64,000 bases of DNA, taken from contig OZ242010.1 in the NCBI GenBank assembly GCA_965204745.1, forward strand, positions 5,355,264 through 5,419,263, given 5' to 3'. The translations under genes and the position numbers were made by a program. Below are positions 20,280 through 30,178 of the stretch, piece by piece. The notes below the pieces were generated by a model. It saw only the letters and a list, made by a program, of their open reading frames with translations, made no database searches and was not told where the DNA came from. Within the stretch, counting starts at the first letter, position 1. The number at the start of each line of letters is the position of its first letter. Origin of the DNA: Candidatus Latescibacterota bacterium (GTDB taxonomy: Bacteria > Latescibacterota > UBA2968).

Positions 20280-20777
20280 ATGACAACGAGACTTTTGGTC
20301 GTATTCGTTTTGATGTTGTTTTCAGGTGTTGCATTTGGTGCTTCACCTAATCCGAGTGTTGAAGAAAGATTGGCGATACTCGAGACCAAATTTGATGCGT
20401 TGAGCAAGCAAATTGAGGCCAATCGTCAGGCCACACTCAAGTTGATTGAAGTCACCAATGAAGCAACGAACAAGCGGATTGATGCCAGCAATGAAGCAAC
20501 GAACAAGCGAATTGATGCCTTGAGCAAGCAGATTGAAGCCAATCATCAATCCATACTCAAGTTGATTGAAGTCACCAATGAAGCAACGAACAAGCGGATT
20601 GATACCTTGAATAATTGGGGGATTGCGCTATTCGCGGGTGTCTTGGCGTGGACTGGGGTTTTCATAACCCATGCGTTGGGGTTTTGGGGCGTTTCTAAAC
20701 GCGACAACGCTGTGACAGCGACAACAGACGCCGATAGGCCAGAAGCGACCCCAGTGATGCAATCCGCCGATGCATGA
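20280..20777 (+). CDS. Tandem paralog 3 (2+1 copies of the 11-mer)
   Basis: Same architecture. Start is offset 614 nt from paralog 2. Confidence 0.8.
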   Translation: MTTRLLVVFVLMLFSGVAFGASPNPSVEERLAILETKFDALSKQIEANRQATLKLIEVTNEATNKRIDASNEATNKRIDALSKQIEANHQSILKLIEVTNEATNKRIDTLNNWGIALFAGVLAWTGVFITHALGFWGVSKRDNAVTATTDADRPEATPVMQSADA

Positions 20778-20842
20778 TGGTCGTGTGAACACCGCTAAAA
20801 CGCGCTTACAATGGCCCTGCGGTCACTTCAAAGGAGGAAGTC

Positions 20843-21352
20843 ATGACAACGAGACTTTTGGTCGTATTCGTTTTGGTATTGTTTTCAGGTGTTGCTTTTG
20901 GTGCTTCACCTAATCCGAGTGTTGAAGAAAGATTGGCGATACTTGAAACGACAATGAAACTTCAATTTGATGCCTTGAGCAAACAGATTGAAGCCAATCG
21001 CCAGTCCACACTCAAGTTGATAGAAGTCAGCAATGAAGCAACGAACAAGCGGATCGATGCCAGCAATGAAGCAACGAACAAGCGGATTGATGCCTTGAGC
21101 AAGCAGATCGAAGCGAATCATCAATCCACACTCAAGTTGATTGAAGTCACCAATGAAGCAACGAACAAGCGGATCGATACCTTGAATAATTGGGGGATTG
21201 CGCTATTCGCGGGTGTCTTGGCGTGGACTGGGGTTTTCATAACCCATGCGTTGGGGTTTTGGGGCGTTTCTAAACGCGACAACGCTGTGACAACGCCAAC
21301 AGACGCCGATAGGCCAGAAGCGACCCCAGTGATGCAATCCGCCGATGCATGA
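20843..21352 (+). CDS. Tandem paralog 4 (2+1 copies; 4-aa insertion near ILET(TMKL)QFDAL)
   Basis: Same architecture. Start is offset 563 nt from paralog 3. Confidence 0.8.
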   Translation: MTTRLLVVFVLVLFSGVAFGASPNPSVEERLAILETTMKLQFDALSKQIEANRQSTLKLIEVSNEATNKRIDASNEATNKRIDALSKQIEANHQSTLKLIEVTNEATNKRIDTLNNWGIALFAGVLAWTGVFITHALGFWGVSKRDNAVTTPTDADRPEATPVMQSADA

Positions 21353-21362
21353 GGGTTACGCC

Positions 21363-22619
21363 ATGTTTTTGCGATCAACCAAAATTCTCGTCGCACTCTT
21401 GATCTTCGCACTCCCATCCACATGGGCTGCTAACACCAAAGATCTCCTCGACGCAGATCGCTTGGGCAAGCACCTCAAAGCCACGGGCGAACAAAAAGCA
21501 CACATCGCCACGCATATCGCCGCGCTTCGCAACATCGTAACCGCGTACCAAACCGAACGCGCCCGCCGAACCAACGAAGCCCTGTTGTGGCAGGGGCACA
21601 TCCCCAAGCTCAAAGACCTGAAAAGCCTCCGCAACAGTGCCAATGACAGTGCTAGTGCCGTGTTTGACGTGCTCAAGACCGCGCTCGACAACGAGCAAAT
21701 TGAACGCTTGGACAAACTCATCGGCAAAGGCGATGTCTTTGCCATTCCCATCGCCTATCATCCCTATCATCACGTCCAGAACTCCCCGCTTTTTCCCGAG
21801 TTTTCGGGCGAGAAAACCGCGTACAAACTCACCTTGCCCTCGGCCCCCGATCCGGCCAACACATGGACGTATGCCCAGTTGCTCAAAATTTGGACCGTGC
21901 GGAACTTCATGCCCGCGGTGCGCCCCATCGACGACTTGCAACACGCGCCGAGCATTGCCGCGCATCCGGATCTGCAAACCCGCGAAGTATCGGTTTCGGA
22001 CCGGTATCGCCTCGTGCGCTCTCCGTTGCTCATTTCAGCCACCCTGTACGCGCCGGATTTGATGCGTTCGGAATTTGACATGTTGCAAACCCATCACAGC
22101 GCAGACGGCATTTCCACCCGGTCCTGGGACGACTACGCCGCGCAAAACCGCCTCGACAGCGATATTCAAATCCGCTTAAAATTCAACACCATTTACGACA
22201 AAGCGTACCTCGACCTCAACCGCTGGACCATCTATCTGCAAGACAGCGAAGAAATCGGGTATGAGCCCAACAAAATTGAGGAACGGGCATTTTATCCGCT
22301 CGAGGCACTCAAAGTTTCCGTGCCGGGCAGGGAAATCGAAGTCACCGATGTCTTTGGCACGTACATCTCGCCCACTTATACGCCCGGGGAAAAAGCGCGC
22401 TATTTCGCAGAACCGCCCACGCAGATGACCTACTTGGGCAACGAGAAATTGCTCGTCCTGTATTTCCCGGCGCGAACCGTCATGAAAACCCCGGTGGTTT
22501 CACACGAGACCGAGTACCTCAAACTCATCGTCCAGTCCCACGAAACCGATTTCGGGCGCAGTGAACTCGTGTGGGCGTTCAAAAAACCCAAATCAAAAAC
22601 GCGCCCGCCCAAGGATTAA
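21363..22619 (+). CDS. Secreted hypothetical protein
   Basis: GAGGG Shine-Dalgarno, signal peptide MFLRSTKILVALLIFALPSTWA|A. 418-aa open frame with host-like composition. No family recognised. Confidence 0.6.
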   Translation: MFLRSTKILVALLIFALPSTWAANTKDLLDADRLGKHLKATGEQKAHIATHIAALRNIVTAYQTERARRTNEALLWQGHIPKLKDLKSLRNSANDSASAVFDVLKTALDNEQIERLDKLIGKGDVFAIPIAYHPYHHVQNSPLFPEFSGEKTAYKLTLPSAPDPANTWTYAQLLKIWTVRNFMPAVRPIDDLQHAPSIAAHPDLQTREVSVSDRYRLVRSPLLISATLYAPDLMRSEFDMLQTHHSADGISTRSWDDYAAQNRLDSDIQIRLKFNTIYDKAYLDLNRWTIYLQDSEEIGYEPNKIEERAFYPLEALKVSVPGREIEVTDVFGTYISPTYTPGEKARYFAEPPTQMTYLGNEKLLVLYFPARTVMKTPVVSHETEYLKLIVQSHETDFGRSELVWAFKKPKSKTRPPKD

Positions 22620-22623
22620 CACC

Positions 22624-24531
22624 ATGCGTTACCCATTCATGCTTTTGCTCGCCTTGCTCCTCGCGGGTTGCGTGAGCGCGCAACAACCGCAAATTGCCCT
22701 GCGTGCGGTCCCCTCGCCCAAAACATCGCCCGATCCCCACGCGGTCACGCACTTCTTGCGCGCGCGATTCGCCGAGTCCACAGGGCAGCGCGATGTGGCG
22801 ATTCGGGAATTGAAAGCCGCCGTGCACTACGACTCGACCTCGGCTACGCTCTACGGCGCGCTCGCGCGCAATCTCAACGCGGTTCGGCGATTTCGGGACG
22901 CGCTCGACCCCGCTCGCCGCGCAGTTCGCCTGGATCCGAAAAACGTGCAAAACCGCTGGCTGTACTATCGCGCCCTCAGCCGCGGCGTGCGAGACACCGC
23001 CGCGGCTATCGGCCAGTTAAACGCCATAGCACGCCTCGCGCCCGCAGACCTCACGGCCCATCATCACCTGCTCCAAATTTACAGCGCGCGCGGGCAACGC
23101 GCCCAGGCCATCGCCGTGCTCGACAGCATCGTCGCCAGCGCGGATCGCGATGCGCGCACAAAGCTCTTTGTTGCCGAGAACTACCACCGCCAGCACGCCT
23201 TTGACAAAGCAGCACACCTCTACGCCGAACTCCTCACAACCGAACCGCTCAACGCGGACCTCCATTTTAAGCTGGGCATCACGAATCTCGCTCGGGCAGA
23301 TACCCTGACCGCCGAGCAGAGTTTCCGACACATTCTCACGGGGCAGGATTACGCCGTCACCAAACAAACCGTTCCGGTTTGGGTGCAACTGGTACACATC
23401 TACAGCCGCGAAAACCACCTCAATCGCCTCCTCGCGGAACCCCCAAGAGATGCGCGTTTGATCAATCGGCTAGGCCAAGTGCTCATCCGCATGACCAGAG
23501 GGCGGCACGAGCACGCCGAGAAAATGCGCTTTGCCAGCATGGCCGAGCGCGTCTTGGATCACCAGTTGCAAAGCGACCCCGAAAACCAGACCTTGCTGGG
23601 CGCGAAAGCCCGCTTTCTCCTCGATGCCAACCGAACCGCAGACGCGCGCAAAACCTATCGCCTCGCCAACTTGCAGGGGGAAAAAACCGAATACCACTTG
23701 GGCATCGCCCATTCGTATCGCCTCGAGGAAAACTGGGCGAGCGCGCAACAAATTTTGGAAAAACTCTATCGGGACGCACAGCCCAAAGACGAGCACTACG
23801 ATCAGATCGCGTTTGACCTGGCCCGCGTTCATCTGCGCCAAAACCAAATCGCCCCCGCACGCGCTGTCTATCGGCAAGCCCTTGACGCCAAGCCCGAACA
23901 CGCGGGTTTTCGCTACGAGCTCGCACGCACCCACCTCTTCGACCGCAACTGGGAAAACGCCATTCCCCTGCTCGAGCCCCTGGTCGACGACACCGAAGAC
24001 AACCCCGCATTTCTCGAGGCCGTGCTTTTTGATCTGGCGCGCAGTCTGGAAAGATCTGGGCACTACGAGCGCGCGGTTGAAATTTTCCAACGCCTCTTGG
24101 TGCTCAACGAGGAGCACGCAGAGGCCAGCAACTACTTGGGCTACATGCTCGCCGAGCGCGGTGAACGCCTCGCCGAAGCCAAAAAACTGATTGAACGCGC
24201 CCTGAAAATCGACCCGGAAAACGGCGCGTACCTCGACAGCCTCGGCTGGGTGTATTACCAACTCGAGCAGTACGGCGATGCCGCGCGCTGGCTCGACCGC
24301 GCCCTCGCCGTCGAAGAAGAAGCCCTGCGCCGCGCCGATCCCAATTCCCCCACAGTGGCGGGACTGCGCGAAAACCTCGCGGTCATTTATGAACACGCGG
24401 GCGACGCGGCAAAAAAATTAGGCGACCTCGCCCGTGCAAGCCGCCACTATGAACGCGCCTTGGAATTTGATCCCGACAACCAAACCCTGCGGGAAAAATT
24501 CAAAAACCTCGCCAAAGACGGTTCACCATGA
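22624..24531 (+). CDS. TPR-repeat lipoprotein
   Basis: Lipobox LLAGC. Many TPR-like repeats, e.g. AEASNYLGYMLAERGERLAEAKKLIERALKIDPENGAYLDSLGWVYYQLEQYGDA. Confidence 0.8.
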   Translation: MRYPFMLLLALLLAGCVSAQQPQIALRAVPSPKTSPDPHAVTHFLRARFAESTGQRDVAIRELKAAVHYDSTSATLYGALARNLNAVRRFRDALDPARRAVRLDPKNVQNRWLYYRALSRGVRDTAAAIGQLNAIARLAPADLTAHHHLLQIYSARGQRAQAIAVLDSIVASADRDARTKLFVAENYHRQHAFDKAAHLYAELLTTEPLNADLHFKLGITNLARADTLTAEQSFRHILTGQDYAVTKQTVPVWVQLVHIYSRENHLNRLLAEPPRDARLINRLGQVLIRMTRGRHEHAEKMRFASMAERVLDHQLQSDPENQTLLGAKARFLLDANRTADARKTYRLANLQGEKTEYHLGIAHSYRLEENWASAQQILEKLYRDAQPKDEHYDQIAFDLARVHLRQNQIAPARAVYRQALDAKPEHAGFRYELARTHLFDRNWENAIPLLEPLVDDTEDNPAFLEAVLFDLARSLERSGHYERAVEIFQRLLVLNEEHAEASNYLGYMLAERGERLAEAKKLIERALKIDPENGAYLDSLGWVYYQLEQYGDAARWLDRALAVEEEALRRADPNSPTVAGLRENLAVIYEHAGDAAKKLGDLARASRHYERALEFDPDNQTLREKFKNLAKDGSP

Positions 24532-25355
24532 ATTTGATCACCACCATGAACGACGCCCTTTGCTGCTCTCCTTTGGGATCGCGGCAAAGGGCTTTTTTGT
24601 ATTGCGCGGTCTTGTTCGCACTCGGCGGCTGCATAACCCATCGCCCCGCGTTGCCCACCCTGCCGCCAGTCGCGTCTGCAACCGAATATCTGCGCCTCGT
24701 CGCAGCGCGCTACGACAGCTTGCGCGATCACGAAGTCCGCGCCACCGTCGATCTCACCATCGACGGGGTGCGAGAGCGCAGGGCACGCGCCCTTGTGCGC
24801 CACCGCCTGCCTTCCGATTTCAAGCTAGTGGTCGGCGGCTTCGGATACGTGGTCATGGCCGCCCGCGCCCAGGCCGATACGCTCTACGTTCACTTGCCTC
24901 GGCAGAATCATTACCTCGTCGGCCAGCCCGAAGCCGTGCTCCACGCGCTCACCGGCGTCGATCTGTCGCATTACGCGGTTGACCGCGCCATTCTGGGTCT
25001 GCCCAATTTTTCGCCTTTAGACATTGCCCGGGCCACGCGCTTTGACCCCGGGCGGGAACACATCTTCCTCGAATTTCACGCCCCCCGCTATTTGCACCGC
25101 CTTTGGATAGAAGCCCGCACCGGTCTTCTGCGCGAGGAAAAGGTCTATGACGTCGATGGACGCCTCGTATCCGCCCGCCGCCTGTCTGATTACCGCATGG
25201 AAAACGGCTTTGCCCTGCCGCGACACATCGAAATCCAGCAAGGCCGAGATGTCATTCTCATCCAAGTCGAATCGCGCGCCATCAACGCTGGCCTCTCCGA
25301 CAAAGACTTCGCCCTCCCCATACCCAAAGACGCCACCCGCCATGAGATACGTTAG
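24528..25355 (+). CDS. Lipoprotein, LolB/DUF4292-like (tentative)
   Basis: The ATG overlaps the TPR gene stop (ATGA). Lipobox ALGGC. Size and beta-rich sequence are as in LolB/DUF4292 lipoproteins, which often follow TPR genes. Weak call. Confidence 0.45.
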   Translation: MNLITTMNDALCCSPLGSRQRAFLYCAVLFALGGCITHRPALPTLPPVASATEYLRLVAARYDSLRDHEVRATVDLTIDGVRERRARALVRHRLPSDFKLVVGGFGYVVMAARAQADTLYVHLPRQNHYLVGQPEAVLHALTGVDLSHYAVDRAILGLPNFSPLDIARATRFDPGREHIFLEFHAPRYLHRLWIEARTGLLREEKVYDVDGRLVSARRLSDYRMENGFALPRHIEIQQGRDVILIQVESRAINAGLSDKDFALPIPKDATRHEIR

Positions 25356-25361
25356 CCTCAA

Positions 25362-25429
25362 GTTGTCAGTTGTCAGTTGTCAGTTGTCAGTTGTCAGTGG
25401 TCAGTAGTCAGTAGTCAGTCCCCGCACCG
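25362..25429 (+). repeat. Heptanucleotide tandem array (GTNGTCA)x8 + GTCCCCGCACCG flank
   Basis: Direct reading: 5x gttgtca, gtggtca, 2x gtagtca, gtccccgcaccg. Starts 7 nt after the stop at 25355. Confidence 0.95.
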
Positions 25430-25550
25430 CCCTTCCGCAAGTGAGACGTAAGATAAGCCCCACACCAAGCCTCAAGCGGTCAGTGGAGTCCCTCACCCCC
25501 CATCATCCGTAGGGCAGTGGCTACTGAATTAAAGCGCAGGCCCGCGCCAA

Positions 25551-28142
25551 TTATTCCTCGCGCAATGTGTTCTGGCTGATGGTGGGGCCGAAGAATAGGG
25601 CATTGGCAAAGAGCTTTTGCGTGCCGTACCAATAGGCGCGGAAATTGGGGTTATCCAACATGAGAATGACGCGCCCATCGCCTTGCTTGTCCACGCGCAC
25701 CGATGCGGATTCGGCGATATAATCGCGGTTTTGATCCGATATATAACCCGCGAGCAAGGGCTGTCGGGCGTATTGCAATGGCGTGGCGTAGGGGCTTGTT
25801 GCGGGTTGGAGGAAAAGCGTGCCGCGCCGAAAGACCGGCAGGCTGTTTTTCCCATACCCATACGCGAGGGGATGCGTGCGGTCGAGTTGCACCCGGAAAA
25901 TTGCCCCGCCGATGAGTCGCGCCCCGCGATCCCCTGCCGCGTCGAGATAGGCTTTGCGTTCCCTGCGAAAGTCTCGGTCTTGCGCGATGAATTGGGCACG
26001 GGCGAGTTCGTGGCTGATGGCCCAGCGAACCGCGCCGTTTAGGGCGACGAGCGTATTCCCCCGCCGCACCCACTGTTTCAGGGTTTCAACACCCGTGGAG
26101 TCCAAGTTCGAATAAGAGCCACCTGCTGCGATGATCACATTGTACCGGTCGAGGTCCATATCGCGCACCTGCCCGGCATCGACGAGGCTGACGGTCATAT
26201 CGTAGCGTTGGTCCAAGAGATGCCACACTTCCCCGGCGGTGTACGCATTCGCGCCATTGCCAATTAAAAGGGCGACTTGCGGCATTTTGAGCGGGACAAA
26301 GCCAGGGCTGCCCAGATCGATGCCGCTGTTGACCCGCCCGGTGGAAACGGCGAATACGTCGAGTGCGTCTTCGCGGGCAATGGTCTGCATGAGGGTGCGG
26401 ATCGCATGGGGATCGGTTTGTTGAATGCCCACCGGGATGAGAATGCTGCCGTAGTCAAACAAGCGCGCATCGCCCGCAGCTGCCCCGGAAGGCGCCATGC
26501 GAAACTGCCGCGAAGCCACTTTGGCCCGCACGCCGGCTTTTTGCAGGCGATACAGCGCGCGGGGCGCGTAATACCCACGCCATTCAAACAGGTAGGCATA
26601 CGGCATGGGCGCGTCAGACAGGCGTCCTGCGGGAAATGTGCTGGCGGGCAACAAGCCGCCGATAAATTCCTGAGATGAGGACTTGAGTTCGGCCGTGGGC
26701 ATGTTAAATGCCAACGGCAATGTCCAAGCTGAAACATCGTAAAACGAGCTGTCCGAAAAATTCATCCGGCGTTCAAACATGCCGGTGAGCAACCGGTATT
26801 GCGGTTGCGCGGTCGGGATGATATAGGCCGAGCCGGGCGCGAATGTCTGATTGCCCACGCGAATGGGCCGCGCGAGGTCGTAGATCCGGATGCGATGCCG
26901 CTGGATCAGGTCGAGAAAATGATGCGTGCGCGCAGGGTCTTGCGGGTCCCCAAAAACATAAGCTTTGACCTCGGCGCGCTGCGCTTCTCGCTGCGCGGAA
27001 AGATAGAAGTCGCGCTGATGCGACAGCAATGCCACGCGCAGTTCCCGTGCGGCGCGGAGGGTCGAAAGGGAGGTCCTGACGTGATTGCGGATGGCAAAGG
27101 GAAACGAGAGTTGCCCGTGAGCGCTGTCCTGCACAAAGCCGCGCGCGCTGGCCTGTTCCAACAACATGCCCACGCCGCCATTGAGATCCGGATAGGTCGA
27201 TCCCTTGCCGATGTAAAAATCGTCGAAGGACTCCCGCGTAAAATAAAGGCTGCCGATTTGGTTGAGCGCGTCGGCGTGGCGTTGGGCGATCTCCGCCGTG
27301 AGTCGATAGGTGCGCGCCGGGGTGAGCGGGTTGTTGCGCGAGGGAATGCCCGGAGAAAAAAAGAACGTGGACTGCGTGTTCATCTCGTGGTGATCCGCGA
27401 GCACATTGGGTTTCCAGGCGTGGTAGATCTCGATCCGCCCCCGGCTTTCGGGTTGTTGCAACCCCAGCCAGTCGCGGTTGAGATCAAACCAATAGTGGTT
27501 GGTGCGGCCGCTCGGCCAGACTTCGCGGTGCTCTCGGTGTTGGGGATCCGCAACGAGGTGTTTGCCGCGGTGGGTATTGGCCCAGTGTGCAAACCGGCTG
27601 AAGCCATCCGGGTTCAACACCGGGTCGAGCAAGACGATGGCATTGGCGAGGAGGCTGTCGATGGCAGCCCCTTGGGCCGCGGCCAAGTGATAGGCCACCA
27701 CGGGCGCGGCATTGCCACCGCTGGCTTCGTTCCCGTGGATGCTGTATCCCATATACGCGACCACGGGCATGGCGTCGATGTCGAGCGCGGGCGATTGATC
27801 TGGATCCGCGAGTTGCTGGTGTTGCGTCTGTATCGCGGCGAGGTTCTGGTGGTTTTCCGGCGACGTGATGGTGAGCACAACCAAGGGCCGTTTCTGATGC
27901 GTTTGCGCGTATTCCGCGATGGCAACGCGCTTTGAGTGCCGCGCCAAGGCGTGCATGTAGCTCACGATGAGATCGTGCCTGAGATGCCAGTCCCCAATTT
28001 GAAATCCAAAAAATGCTTCGGGTGTGGGAATCCCGGGATCATAAGTCACCTCGTCAGGCAAGTAATAGGCGAGATCAACGCGAGCAGCAACCGGGAGACT
28101 CAGGCCGATCCAAGCGATGAGGACGACAGATAAGCGCGTCAT
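25551..28142 (-). CDS. M14-family zinc carboxypeptidase (large, secreted)
   Basis: Signal peptide MTRLSVVLIAWIGLSLPVAA. Zinc motif YSIHGNEASG (HxxE). LLDPVLNPDGF. The second zinc His lies in ADHHEM. Confidence 0.85.
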   Translation of the reverse strand: MTRLSVVLIAWIGLSLPVAARVDLAYYLPDEVTYDPGIPTPEAFFGFQIGDWHLRHDLIVSYMHALARHSKRVAIAEYAQTHQKRPLVVLTITSPENHQNLAAIQTQHQQLADPDQSPALDIDAMPVVAYMGYSIHGNEASGGNAAPVVAYHLAAAQGAAIDSLLANAIVLLDPVLNPDGFSRFAHWANTHRGKHLVADPQHREHREVWPSGRTNHYWFDLNRDWLGLQQPESRGRIEIYHAWKPNVLADHHEMNTQSTFFFSPGIPSRNNPLTPARTYRLTAEIAQRHADALNQIGSLYFTRESFDDFYIGKGSTYPDLNGGVGMLLEQASARGFVQDSAHGQLSFPFAIRNHVRTSLSTLRAARELRVALLSHQRDFYLSAQREAQRAEVKAYVFGDPQDPARTHHFLDLIQRHRIRIYDLARPIRVGNQTFAPGSAYIIPTAQPQYRLLTGMFERRMNFSDSSFYDVSAWTLPLAFNMPTAELKSSSQEFIGGLLPASTFPAGRLSDAPMPYAYLFEWRGYYAPRALYRLQKAGVRAKVASRQFRMAPSGAAAGDARLFDYGSILIPVGIQQTDPHAIRTLMQTIAREDALDVFAVSTGRVNSGIDLGSPGFVPLKMPQVALLIGNGANAYTAGEVWHLLDQRYDMTVSLVDAGQVRDMDLDRYNVIIAAGGSYSNLDSTGVETLKQWVRRGNTLVALNGAVRWAISHELARAQFIAQDRDFRRERKAYLDAAGDRGARLIGGAIFRVQLDRTHPLAYGYGKNSLPVFRRGTLFLQPATSPYATPLQYARQPLLAGYISDQNRDYIAESASVRVDKQGDGRVILMLDNPNFRAYWYGTQKLFANALFFGPTISQNTLREE

Positions 28143-28506
28143 GTGAGTTCCTCGTTGTGTCGTGAGCGGGCATGTCACCCCGCGTGCCCAGAAGGTTTGC
28201 AGGACTAACAATGAAACAACTATCCCAAAAAGTCAAATGGGAACAGCGACAGATCAAAAAATAATAAATTGCATCAAATGCAAACTTTTCTATTTTTTTG
28301 AAATATTTTGTTATCCCCTGCATCTGCGTTGTGTAACCTAATAGCCAAAGCGTTTTTTGCGACTTCTGCTTTTACACCGCTTGTGGCTAAGGCTTTGGCT
28401 TACAACCACAGGCGATTTTTTTTGTTTCTGGGAACGACGCTCAAAGGCACTCTTGGCGCAAAGACAAGAGATGAACGGTTAGAGCGAAAAACCAGAGGGA
28501 CTCGTA

Positions 28507-29979
28507 ATGGGAAAGGAGAATGCCGTGAAAGAAGAACGCATGAAAATCCTCGAAATGCTTCAAGATGGGAAAATCACCGCAGAAGAGGCGATGAAATTGC
28601 TCGAAGCCCTCGGGGATGCCGCAGAAGAGCCGCAACGCCAAACCCGGCGGCGTCAACGCCAGCGCAATCGCCAAGGGGGCGCGGGCATTCAGGAAGAAGT
28701 GCAAGAGCGCGTTCAGGAGGCGCGAGAAACCCTGCGCGCATCGATGCCCAAGGTCAAAAACGCCGTGCGCGAGGCCATGCCCGACGTGGGCAACATCATC
28801 CAAGAGGCGATGCAAACCGCATCCGATGCCTTTTCGGAATGGACGGAAAAGAGCGATAGGCAACCCCCAAAAAAAGCGGTTCGCCAACTCGTCGAAACGA
28901 TTCAGGCCTCTGATCGCCTGTCTATCGCCACGCCAAAAGGCCACGTCGCGTCCGAGATTTGGGATCGCGACGAGGTGCAAGTCGAGGCGACCATCTCGGT
29001 TTGGGGCACGGAGGAACCCGCTGTGAACGCCTTTGCCGAGCAAATTGATATTCACATCCAACGCGAATCCGGCAAGGTGCAAATCCGCCCCCGCGTGCCC
29101 AAACGGGAACGAGACGACCCCGTGCGATCCGTGCGTATTGACTTCGAGTTGCGCCATCCCAAAAAAGTCGATCTCGCTGTGCGGGCCGCGCACGGAAATA
29201 TCACCCTGCCCGAAATTGATGGCGCGGCAACCCTGAACAATCACCGCGGCAAAACGATCTTTGAAGGCGCGTCTGGCAATGTGCGGATCAAACAGCACCG
29301 CGGCGACATCGCGGTTCAACGGGCCGGGGGCGATTTGTCCCTTGACGCGCACCGCAGCGAGATGCGCGTCGGCACCGCAACCGGTTCAGTGACCGTACAC
29401 GCGCATCACGGCGCGCTCGCCATCGATCATGTCGGCGGCGAGTTTCTCGCGGAAAACAGGCGCGGTTCGATCAAAGCGGACCGGGTCGACGGCCGTGCGG
29501 TTGTGAAAAACAGACGCGGCGACATCGCGCTTCGCAATGTGGGAAGCGAGGTTGCCGTGGAAAACGGGCGCGGCGCAACGCACCTCGAAAATATCGCAGG
29601 GCCGATCAGCCTGCGCGTGGATCGCGGGGACATCGCAATTGAAAATCCCGAAGCCGGTGTGGCGATCCAAAGTCGCGGCGGGCGCGTTGCCGTGCGGGCA
29701 CACAAACCCATCGATGGCGATTATGCGATCCAAAACAACCAGGGCGCCATTGAACTCGCCATCCCCGAGGGGTCGGCGGTCGATGTTCACGGTTATGTCG
29801 GGCGCGGGCAGATCAAAACCGACCTGCCCCTGTCCGTGACCGATACCTCGCGCACCTCACAGGTCGTCTCGGGCCGCCTCAATGGCGGCGGGTCCAAAAT
29901 TGCCCTTGAGCTCAATCAGGGCAATCTGATCTTGCGTTCAGATGAAGGGATTGAGAGAGGAGACGAGGCGAAAAGGTAA
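28507..29979 (+). CDS. DUF4097 (LiaG/YvlB/LiaX-like) beta-strand repeat protein with N-terminal SHOCT-like helix
   Basis: MKILEMLQDGKITAEEAMKLLEAL, a charged linker, then repeated G.I.(V/I)...G....(V/L) beta-strand units. The likely true start is GTG 28525 (AAGGAG + 6 nt). Confidence 0.6.
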   Translation: MGKENAVKEERMKILEMLQDGKITAEEAMKLLEALGDAAEEPQRQTRRRQRQRNRQGGAGIQEEVQERVQEARETLRASMPKVKNAVREAMPDVGNIIQEAMQTASDAFSEWTEKSDRQPPKKAVRQLVETIQASDRLSIATPKGHVASEIWDRDEVQVEATISVWGTEEPAVNAFAEQIDIHIQRESGKVQIRPRVPKRERDDPVRSVRIDFELRHPKKVDLAVRAAHGNITLPEIDGAATLNNHRGKTIFEGASGNVRIKQHRGDIAVQRAGGDLSLDAHRSEMRVGTATGSVTVHAHHGALAIDHVGGEFLAENRRGSIKADRVDGRAVVKNRRGDIALRNVGSEVAVENGRGATHLENIAGPISLRVDRGDIAIENPEAGVAIQSRGGRVAVRAHKPIDGDYAIQNNQGAIELAIPEGSAVDVHGYVGRGQIKTDLPLSVTDTSRTSQVVSGRLNGGGSKIALELNQGNLILRSDEGIERGDEAKR

Positions 29980-30012
29980 CGCAATCACGGATAACCACCG
30001 ATAAAACAAAGC

Positions 30013-30047
30013 CACCCCCTATTTTCCGAGAAGGAGAATAGGGGGTG
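30013..30047 (+). terminator. Strong hairpin downstream of the DUF4097 gene (terminator-like)
   Basis: CACCCCCTATT / AATAGGGGGTG 11-bp stem with an inner TCC/GGA extension. Followed by ATTTCGT, so the U-tract is weak. Confidence 0.5.
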
Positions 30048-30178
30048 ATTTCGTCGGTCTGTGGCTCGTCTCTGCCCACCTCCGCCGCCCGTGCGGCCTC
30101 GCCGCCCATCCGTGTCTGAATCGCAGATTAAACGGATTAGGGGATTGCGCGGATTACCACCCACCGCCCTACCGCAAA

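Noticed and set aside
19117-21423. Minus-strand ORFs inside the four tandem paralogs
   Set aside because: The plus-strand frames have strong Shine-Dalgarno sequences, signal peptides and TM segments conserved in all four copies. The antisense frames lack start context.
26799-27935. 378-aa plus-strand ORF; likewise 55134-56153
   Set aside because: Shadow ORFs opposite the M14 carboxypeptidase gene and the TPP enzyme gene respectively.
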